From contig NC_087437.1 of assembly GCF_036321535.1 (NCBI RefSeq), positions 107,138,001 through 107,202,000 of the forward strand: 64,000 nt of DNA, in the 5' to 3' direction. Numbering within the stretch: position 1 is the first letter of the stretch; each line of letters starts with the position of its first letter. Below the pieces are notes generated by a model, which had not been told where the DNA came from, searched no databases, and was given only the letters and a program-made list of their open reading frames with translations. Origin of the DNA: Camelus dromedarius. Lineage: Eukaryota. Shown piece after piece: positions 55,630 through 64,000 of this stretch. A program made the translations under genes and the position numbers.

Positions 55630-56410
55630 TACGTTCATTCATACATACTAAGCAGGCCACCATGGAAGTGACATCCTAGCGGGGGGAAGTGAGACCCACA
55701 AATTATCTACTGGTAAGAGCTGTGAAGAAGCAGAGCAGAGTAAGAGAGGAATGAAGAGGATCGGGGAGAGATCCTCCGATTCATTTAGGGAAACCACTGC
55801 CTGGTAGGGGGTGACATGTAACAGACAGCTGAAGGAATTCTAGAAGCATTGGTTGTTAACTGTAAAAAAGGTTTGCTTCAGGCAGAGAAAACAGTCCACA
55901 TGCTCTTGCTTGCCCTGTTGGAGGAATGTTAGGAAGCTGGGAAGTCCAGTATCTGAGAACAGGGCAAGAGAAGGCGACAGTGTAGAAGGGACCCAGAGCA
56001 GGGCAGGGGCCAATTTTTTAGCCTCTCATAGGTTACAGAACAGTCTTGGAAACTGACTCGAAATGAGATGATAGCCGTTGGAGGACACAGAGCCAAGGAA
56101 TGATGTAGGTAATGAGGTGATGGCTCTCTCTGCTTTGTGAAGAGGTAAGAAGCTGGGAGACCCCTGGGAAGATGGCTGGATTGGTCCAGGCAAGAAACAA
56201 TGACTACTGGATTGGGATGGCAGTGCTTGTGGTGGTGAGGGGCACCCAGATTCTGGAGCTATGTTGGAGGAAGGACTGACAGGACTTGCTGATGGATCGA
56301 GGGGGCGTGTGAGAGAAAATAAAGTGTGAAAGATGACTGCAAAGTTTTGGGCCTACGAAGAAGAAGGACTGAGTTGCCATTTACTGACGTGAAGAATATT
56401 AAGGGAGCAG
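55630..56410 (-). mobile_element. L2 fragment in intron 7
   Basis: Purine-rich body (GGATGGCAGTG...GATTCTGGA...GGACTTGCTGATGGAT...GAGTTGCCATTTACTGA). Confidence 0.7.
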
Positions 56411-56504
56411 TGAATTAAAATTGGATCATATTTGCAAATCAGTTTGAACTTAAGGAAATATTTTAATATGCATTATTTCACTTGACCTACACAGCAAAAT
56501 TAAT

Positions 56505-56665
56505 TTGAAAGATAAGTACTCGTATTTCCATTCTACTCTCAAGAATTCTTAAGAGAAAGAAGTTGAGTGACTCTGCAAAGACCACACGGCTAGTGAATTA
56601 CTGAGCCAGAGCTTGACTGCAAACATTCCAGCTCCAAGGTCAATGTTCTCTTTTATCCATCACAC
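56505..56665 (-). mobile_element. MIR SINE fragment
   Basis: GAAGTTGAGTGACTCTGCAAAGACCACACGGCTAGTGAA...GAGCCAGAGCTTGA. Confidence 0.6.
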
Positions 56666-58156
56666 ATTAATCTGGGTTACTCACACAGGTCATTTGCACC
56701 ACATAATACAATCTTGCTCAAATCAATCTGCAAGCATCTACGCTGTGTACCCCTTGCTACTCTCCTGAATCTCCTCATCTTTTCCTGTGACATCAAATGT
56801 GCAGATATTTGTTGTAAACTCAGAAAACCTAAAATGCTAAATTAAGCATTATAAAAAGAGGTTTAGAAGTTTATGTAGGAAGACTGCATATTATATAGTA
56901 AATAAGCTATCACTTATTTTAAAAATTATGGTATTTCTCATTTGGTTCTTTTCTTTCTTTCCCTTCCTTTTTTTTTTTTTCCTGTCTTTTTTTACAAATG
57001 GCCTGTGCATCATATTCCTATGACCTAAGCTACAGCCTCTACTCCCGCACTCATCAGCCATGTAAAACTGGGAGATTCTTAAACTTTCAGAGTCCGAGTT
57101 CCCTCATTTGTAAAACAAAAGTTTAGATCAATCATTTCTAAGGTGCCATGCATCTCTGAAGTACATTCAAATGCAGCGTATAATTGGACTTGTAGGATTT
57201 TTGACCTAGATGGCCCAACACAATTTGATGAATAATTATTCCATCACCAGCAAATAGGCTTTAGCAATGCATATTTTAATTCAGAATAAATTCTCCAGCC
57301 ATACCTTTTTTTTATCATACGGAAGATGATTTCTAGTTTTTTTTTACATTAACATGGCATGCAATTGTTTTACTAAGTCCTTATTGTTGACTCAGTTTGC
57401 ATACTCCCCTCCACAAAGACAACACAGCACATACAGCAGGAGTGCGGGTGCACCCGACCAAAACCACTCAGCACAGGAGTGGTCTGGTGAAGAGGAAAAA
57501 CGGTGCTGCATTTCAACAGACTCTTCAGCCAACCCAGCCACCCTAGCTGATAGCAGAATATTTTATGCCAGCAATTGGTACTTTATAAACTCACATAGTT
57601 AAAGCAAGTGTGTAATCAAAGACCAGGAGGGGAAGCAGGAAGCAGACATGACTCTTTATCGATATGAATCAGGATAATTCACTATAAAACGGGATTGCCA
57701 CTACACCACTGCAGATAATGTACATTTTGCCATGAGAAATGTTCTCTCCAGAAAAAGACAACCAAAGAAGAATTTATTTGTAAAAGAAAGTAGTTAAGAT
57801 GGAACCAAGCCATCCTTTCCTAAATCATGTTTCAGGAATAATAGATCTGCAAGATATTGCCAAAGTGGAACGTCTCAGACATTTTTGTTTCCTTTTCCAC
57901 ACTTTGTAAAACATTGACCCCATGGCCGTTGCAGTTAACCTGCTTTCAGAGGTGCCATTAGTGTCCAGTCGGCATCCAGAGCTTTTTTTTTTATCTCCTC
58001 TCCTTCCCTTCTCCAATTCATGTCTTCCTAGAGCTGAGCTAGACAGACCCCCTCCTACAGATAGCTTATGATGTAACGTGAGTCCTCCTTTATCAATTTT
58101 GCAAGCATCTAAAGCCTTGGTGAGGTCAGATAAGGACAATTGTTCTCTCTCATTAC

Positions 58157-58332
58157 CTTTTCTTATTGAAGGTTCCAACAATCTTTGTACAGCTGGAGTT
58201 GTCTCCTCCACACACTCCACACTTGTCATACTGCAGCTTTGAGCCAATGATGCCGTCGCAGCCGGTCCGCACACACTTCCCCCGGACGCAGACGGAATTA
58301 CTGTATGGCCTGCACTCGGTCCCATCAGTCAC
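58157..58332 (-). CDS. ADAMTS5: ADAMTS5 exon 7 (176 nt): cysteine-rich domain into spacer
   Basis: Translates [58 protein letters not shown](S). Acceptor ttgttcag|GTG, donor AAAAG|gtaatg. Confidence 0.97.
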
Positions 58333-58606
58333 CTGAACAATGGGAAACACGTCAGCCGTGGGAAATACCTGTGCTTGTGAACGTGGTTTCTTTGATAAAA
58401 CAGCAAGTTCTAATTTGGAAGTTTTAAATTTGATTGGAAGAGATAGTACACTGAAAACTAAACAAAAAACATACAAACAAAAAAACCCAAAACACCCCTA
58501 GTTAATAGGAGTATCGACTGACAAATCCTTGATGTATTGACAGAAAGAATTGAGATAGATCTGGGTTATGCCCTTTCTCTCTTGAGCTTAATTCCGAATG
58601 TGTTAG

Positions 58607-59133
58607 TGTTGAGTAGGCAGATAAGTGGGGGCACCGGGCAGACAGGTGGAGGACAGCGAGGATGGTCCGGATGATGGTGTTATGCCTGCCTCCAGCATAA
58701 AGGGGCTTTACTTCCTCTAAATGAGTGGCAGCAAGAAACCGCTTAGAATCCGACAAGGACCTAACCGGACGTGACCCAGTGCTCGTTGTAATATAATTAG
58801 CATTGCAGTTTAGGCCCCCTCTGTGGGTTTTTCTGTGTACATCACGCGTAAGGACATGTGCGGAGGGGACAAACATGACTAAGCACTCCAGGGGCAAGAG
58901 CTGTCAATCAGTCAAAAGACTATCTCTAAGCGAGGGTATAAGAGAAAGGGCAGGCAGGGACCGCTGCTTTTCCCCCTTGGATCAGCCCACCTCCTGTTCT
59001 TGGAAGAATACTTTCCTTTTACTAATAAATCCTTTAAAATCTTTCACGACGTAACACTCTGTCTCCCATCTGTATTCCCATCTTTCGGTTACGACAAGAA
59101 CTAGGGTATTTCCCTTCCCCTTGTGGGGTAACA
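58607..59133 (+). mobile_element. Solo ERV LTR (527 bp, class I/ERV1-like) in intron 6, antisense to the gene
   Basis: TG...CA termini with a 4-bp TSD TTAG (58603-58606, 59134-59137). TATAAG at 58937 and AATAAA at 59024. Many CpGs retained. Confidence 0.9.
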
Positions 59134-59568
59134 TTAGGAGACCCAGGGTCCTGATCTCCATTTCCATGTGCATGATAAGCTCCCATGGTACAGTCTTGCC
59201 TTTTTACTGACAGAGTCCATCTTTCACTTCATGTATGGGACTGTCTGTCACTTATGTGGGGAGCAGAATACGGGTGGGCTCAAGGACACAGATATCCTTG
59301 GTTGCATAATTGTTATTACAGTAATAAACTGAAAATCTCCGTCTGACATTCACAACCTCACAATGGTTGGAAAGCATTTCCTATTGTGTCGAACTGTGAG
59401 ATGCTGAGATAGAGGCAAATTCATGTAAAACAGAAATCTGGGGAAGTCAAAGAAAAGTAGTTACTGGGAGGGACTGAATATATTTGGATAAAAGAATTAG
59501 TATATATTTTAAAAGCTCATTATAAAACAGTATGTATATGGACTCTGTGATTTGTGCATGTTGGTAAA

Positions 59569-59652
59569 TGCAAATAACATATGTAGCCATACGTGCAAAT
59601 AACATATGTAGCCATACGTGCAAATAACATATGTAGCCATACGTGCAAATAA
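59569..59652. repeat. Perfect 25-bp tandem repeat, about 3.4 copies (TGCAAATAACATATGTAGCCATACG)
   Basis: Units start at 59569, 59594 and 59619, with a partial unit at 59644. Confidence 0.97.
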
Positions 59653-59853
59653 GCACACGTATTTTGTATTTGTGTGTATATCAAACTCTTCATACGTGTG
59701 TGAAGATACAAGTGTGTGTACCTGTGTGTAAACTGATGTAGAGTATACTGCAACAGACTAACAGCTCTCTAGATGATTATATTTCTGAGTAATATTTTTG
59801 CTTTTATTTCTCTATACAACTTTAAATAAAAATGAATTATTTTGCATTAAAAT

Positions 59854-59980
59854 ATGAAAATGAATATATGTATGTATATGCAAGACTGGGACATTGTGCT
59901 GTACACCAGAGATTGGCACACTGTAACTGACGGTACTTCAATAAAAATAAAATAAAATAATAAAATAAAAACTGGAAAAA
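59854..59980 (+). mobile_element. Very short L1 3' terminus with A-rich tail, in intron 6
   Basis: TGCTGTACACCAGAGATTGGCACACTGTAACTGAC...CTTCAATAAAAATAAAA. Flanking direct repeat AATTATTTTGCATTAAAA / AACTATTTTGCAATAAAA. Confidence 0.8.
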
Positions 59981-60694
59981 AACTATTTTGCAATAAAAAG
60001 ATAAAATATTTTAAAAGTTGTGTAAGTTAGACATTCACTAATTTTTCAATAGTATGTCATAAATATCTGAAAGCTTAAGTTACAGAGGTGGTTTCAAATG
60101 TAGCACCTATTTACAAATTAGATAAACAATATTTTAAACTGCTGTGTAATGTTGATTGTGAGAATTACTTAAGTAATTTAGAAAATGCTCTTCTGTGGAA
60201 AATAAGGGATAACGTCACATGCACACGTTATAATGTGTAGAACTAGAGGGACACTGATTCATATGAAAGATGCAAGACATTTAAAATTCTAAGTCAGAGA
60301 CGATGATCTTGAAATCTATCTTCATGAATCAACAAAGGAATTCTTAACTACATGGGAGAAAAACAGAAAGCTTCCTTGCCTCCTAGTCTCCTTGACAAAC
60401 GCACCCGGGAAATATTATTGTGACGTTAAGGTCACTTCTTACCTTTCTTGACAGAGAGTCATACTCTTCAAATATAGTTGTTAAAACATTTACTCGTTAT
60501 GTTTACAAAATGATTTTGATTCATTGTATAAAGTTTGAAAATATAGAAATGACAGAGATGAAAATAAAAACCTCCCCAAATCCTGCCCCCCCCCCAAGAT
60601 AATGACTGTTTACATCTGGTATGAGCATGGCCCATTCTCTTAAACAATCTCCACCAAGGACACCTGCTGTGTGTGGCAGTCTGTGTGCAGTTAC

Positions 60695-60870
60695 CTTTGG
60701 AGAAAACACCACGTAGTAGCCGGTGCCCTTAGCTCTGCAGGTCAGTTTGCACACGTCTCCCGGCAGGACGCCTGCGTATTTGGGAACCCATTCCACAAAT
60801 GTTTTGACTCCTTTGGCATCAGACTGATACCCATTTTTGGCCTCACACTGCTCATGGCGAAAAGATTTAC
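60695..60870 (-). CDS. ADAMTS5: ADAMTS5 exon 6 (176 nt): cysteine-rich domain
   Basis: Translates (G)KSFRHEQCEAKNGYQSDAKGVKTFVEWVPKYAGVLPGDVCKLTCRAKGTGYYVVFSPK. Acceptor ttttttag|GT, donor AAG|gtaact. Phase matches exon 5. Confidence 0.97.
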
Positions 60871-61237
60871 CTAAAAAAGCAAACGTATCGCATTATTACG
60901 CGATCTGTTCTGAAACTTAGATATATTCTTATCCATCTAAATACTTTTAAGGAGAAAATGCTAACTTATTATTCTTTGTAGAGTCTCTTAACACACCAGC
61001 ATTGGAAGATTTTTTATCGAAATCGAAAACAGTAATTATTTTCTTTCTACGCTCTGAATCCTCAGTTGTTTGCAGTAATAATATAAAAATCACTCATGTA
61101 TTTGTTATTGGTTTGCACACTGGTAGAAATGTGCAGACAAGATGAATAGGCTATTTCTCCGGCCTCCCTATTTATGACTGGTAGAATACAAATTACACCT
61201 GACACATGGTGGTTACTGACACTCGGGAGCGGCGTAC

Positions 61238-61421
61238 CATTAGCGGGGCAGGGTATGACACTGCAGGAACGGTAGATAGCCCTCTTCCCTGTGCAGTAGC
61301 GGCCGTTGTTTCTGGGCGCAGGGTTATTGCAGTGGCGATAGGCAAACTGTACTCCTCCTCCGCACGAGCGGGAGCATTGACCCCAGGACCCCCAGGATCC
61401 CCAGTTGCCATGGCTTGAAGT
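61238..61421 (-). CDS. ADAMTS5: ADAMTS5 exon 5 (184 nt): first thrombospondin type-1 repeat
   Basis: Translates [61 protein letters not shown], with the WxxWxxW and CSRSCG motifs. Acceptor ctcttttag|AC, donor AATG|gtacgc. The ORF track shows only other frames here. Confidence 0.97.
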
Positions 61422-62033
61422 CTAAAAGAGAAATAGAAGATATTTTAACTCAGAAGGGAGGAAAGCATTCAAAACATACATTTGGAGATCACTTGCATTC
61501 AATGACTCAGAGGAAACTTCATCTTAGATACAGTTACATTGTCACTGAATTTAACATGGTCACAGGTATTGGACGCTCTGGAATTACAACACAGTTCCAG
61601 TTCTAAGCAACTCGCCTTGTCTGCCTCTCCATTCTCCAGCAGCAGAGAGTCTGAATACTTCACCCCAAGCTCTGAGCACACTGCAAGGGTTACTTATGGC
61701 CTTCTGATACTGCGCATTTCGGTTAATAACCACTGAAGCGTAGTTCACTTTGTGTCCACTCTTAATCTCGCATGTTTAACAAACAGTATGATGCTAAAGG
61801 TTTTGCATGACTCAGGCATTAGCTGATAGTGCTTACATATTTTCTCCCTTTTTGGCATTGAAGTTCTGCGGTCCCCTGGTGGACATCACACATCCCATCT
61901 GTGACAGACCCTCTGCCACATGCATGAATGTATCTGACCTGGGCTTGACTTCATTATACCCCACAGAGAGGAAACAGACAGATACTTACGTGCACCTGTC
62001 ACATGCACCCACACCACAGAGAATGAAGAGCCC

Positions 62034-62799
62034 TGCTATGACACCCCAGGCCTCTTGCTCTGGAAACACTTCAGCAGGAAGCTGAGAGACCAAAAGCAAG
62101 CACACTGGAAACTCCTTTGTCCAGGGAATTCCTGAAGAACTTCCTCTGGCTGCCTGGGTCAGGGTACCTGAGAATGCTCAGTTGTATGACAGTCTTGAAG
62201 GGCAGAGGAAACATGCACATGGCAACACTCTTCTGGGGACTCTGAAAATGTTGGATTGAGAGGGAACAAACGCTTTGTGTGGGCCTTGAAAACGAAGGTG
62301 GCGATGGCTGACCTGAAGCTGGACTGGGTGCACAGGGAGGCAGTGAAACGGAGCAGGACCCTGTGGGGTCCTCCCTGGTACAAATCTTTTCTGTGTCCAA
62401 GGAGGAGCAGTCAAGAAAGGCTAGTGTTGCCATTAAATCAGGATCCTGGTACCTCGTCAAGGAGTATCCATAACAATATCTTTTGAGTTCTTCTGCAGGA
62501 ATTAAGGCCCCACCCAGGTGGAGGATGGCAACTTCTGGCTGAGCACAAGATCCCTGGAGCACTGCTCTGCTACCTCACCACCAGCCGATCAGAACAGTCA
62601 CACACCCTGCAGCCCTCTCCCTAAATTTTGCCTATGAAACCTGCTCCCAGAAAACCAATGGAGAGTTTGAGTTTTTCAAGCACAAGCCACCCATTCTTGC
62701 TTGGCCCTGCAACAAACCTTTCTCTGCTCGAAACTCCTACGTTTTGGTTTCTTTGGCCTTGCTGTGCCTCGGGGACAAGAACTTTTTGGTTTGGAAACA
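62034..62799 (+). mobile_element. Probable ERV1-type solo LTR of a different family, in intron 4
   Basis: Typical LTR R/U5 text (GCCTATGAAA TATA-like; CTTGCTTGGCCCTGCAACAAACCTTTCTCTGCT with a decayed AATAAA) ending ...GGAAACA. 5' boundary and TSD not resolved. Confidence 0.65.
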
Positions 62800-63252
62800 G
62801 CAGGAGGTGTTTCCCTGGAGCAGGTGTACTTCAGTTCCTACAGGTAGATTAACTTGCTCTAAGGGGAAAAACATGACCCTTTTGGAGCTCACCAAGTATG
62901 TGTGAGGATCACATCTATGGCTATTTCCTTAGTGAAGTTCCCATAACATTTAAGAGAAGTCAAAAGTAAACTCCCAAACCTTGATTTGGGGCCCTACTTG
63001 TGGTCTCCATTCGACAGAATCTGGGCTCTGTGTTTTTGTTTCAGTATATAGCCTGAGATCTGTATTTTCTCCACTATTTGAGGACTGAGGTTGGCTCCTG
63101 TGGGTAAAGGAGGAATCTGTATATAGATCTTTCCAGGAAAAAATATTCTAACTAGGGAATAAAGCCTTTCTGGTGACAGGCCCCACATATGTCCCAGGAA
63201 TAGACTTCAGACCTTGGGTCTCCAGGCTTTGCATGACAAGAAAATCACTTAC

Positions 63253-63536
63253 TGAATAATATTTTTTCTTGGTTTTGTCCACACACTTGCCCTGAAGGCA
63301 GATCCTGCCTTTCCCACACGGTGTCCCCTCCACGGCTGGCAGCTTTTTGGTCAGACACACCATCTGGCCCTGGCGCACCACGGCGCACCAGAGGCGCGCG
63401 CAGACATCCATGCCGGGGCACACGGAGTACTCGGGCCCGAACGTCAGGTTGCACTGCTGGCTGGCGTCGTAGGTCTGTCCTGGGAGTTCTTCGGGGCCCA
63501 GGATCTGCTTGCGTGGTAGGTCTAGCAAACAGTTAC
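63253..63536 (-). CDS. ADAMTS5: ADAMTS5 exon 4 (284 nt): end of metalloprotease domain and disintegrin-like domain
   Basis: Translates (G)NCLLDLPRKQILGPEELPGQTYDASQQCNLTFGPEYSVCPGMDVCARLWCAVVRQGQMVCLTKKLPAVEGTPCGKGRICLQGKCVDKTKKKYYS. Acceptor cttcttttag|GT, donor TCA|gtaagt. Confidence 0.97.
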
Positions 63537-63546
63537 CTAAAAGAAG

Positions 63547-64000
63547 TGTGAGGTGATTAGATAAGTCGGGGCACGGAGCAGATAGCTGGAGGAGAGGGAG
63601 GGTGGTCCGGAAGATGGGGTTATGCCCATAAGCATAAAGGGGCTTTACTTCCTCTGAATGAGTGCCAGCAAGAAACTGGTTAAAACACAACTGTATTATA
63701 ATTAACTTTGTGGCTTAGCGCCCCCCCCCATGGGTTTTTCTGTAAAAACCAGGGGTAAAGACACTTGTAAAAGGGGCCAAACATGACAAAGCATCATGTC
63801 AATCAATTAAAAGACCATCTCTAAGCAAGGTTGTAAGAGAAGGAGAGACAAAGACCACTGCTTTTCCCCCTTAGATCAGCCTGCCTCCCATTCTTGGAGG
63901 TGCACTTTCCTTTTTCTAAATAAATCTTAAAAATCTTTCACTACACGACGCACCGTCTCCCGACTGTAAACTTGTCTTTCAGGTATGACAAGAACTGGGG
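63547..64000 (+). mobile_element. Second LTR of the same family, in intron 3, running off the window end
   Basis: Colinear with 58607-59106 (shared AGATAAG, AGCATAAAGGGGCTTTACTTCCTCT, CAGCAAGAAAC, AAAATCTTTCAC, GACAAGAACT). Starts with TG at the same offset from AGATAAG as the first copy. AATAAA at 63919; TATA degraded to TGTAAG. Confidence 0.9.

Noticed and set aside
57825..58325. 166-aa alternative-frame ORF over exon 7
   Set aside because: A shifted reading of exon 7 that runs into the intron, with no independent support.
59569..59652. CRISPR-like array
   Set aside because: Repeats are head-to-tail without spacers, the context is mammalian, and there are no cas genes.
7333..61814. Scattered AP-1 motifs (TGASTCA)
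   Set aside because: About a dozen dispersed 7-mers is close to chance expectation in 64 kb, and I saw no clear cluster.
62071..62562. 163-aa ORF and other overlapping ORFs in intron 4
   Set aside because: They lie inside a probable LTR, show no recognisable domain, and are expected by chance in GC-richer sequence.
63537..63690. N-terminal extension of the 180-aa ORF as a novel LTR-ADAMTS5 fusion protein
   Set aside because: It is an open frame through antisense LTR sequence with a non-ATG start and no promoter evidence. The canonical acceptor at 63537 explains the exon.
58607..64000. A full provirus bounded by the two related LTRs
   Set aside because: The interior is ADAMTS5 exons 4-6 with no gag, pol or env. 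The left LTR has its own TTAG TSD on both sides, and the two copies are clearly diverged.

Overview
Mammalian genomic DNA, most likely a camelid (a Vic-1-like tRNA-derived SINE and artiodactyl-type L1 3' ends are present). The right part holds the 3' half of ADAMTS5 (aggrecanase-2) on the minus strand: five coding exons with canonical GT-AG junctions (exons 4-8 by the human 8-exon numbering) and an inferred 3'UTR of about 5.7 kb with a miR-140-5p 8mer site. The left 47 kb is repeat-rich intergenic DNA (L1, L2, MIR, MaLR/ERVL LTRs, hAT and Tigger MITEs), expected from mammalian synteny to lead toward ADAMTS1. I see no new protein-coding system. The most unusual observation is a retroviral LTR that begins only 10 nt from the exon-4 splice acceptor and appears to supply its branch point, plus a competing out-of-frame acceptor. 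Also notable are a paralogous solo LTR in intron 6, a perfect 25-bp tandem array carrying HIF-type TACGTG cores, and a three-layer nested MER20/L1/LTR insertion. Repeat family names are recognised from memory and need RepeatMasker/Dfam confirmation; many repeat boundaries are approximate.
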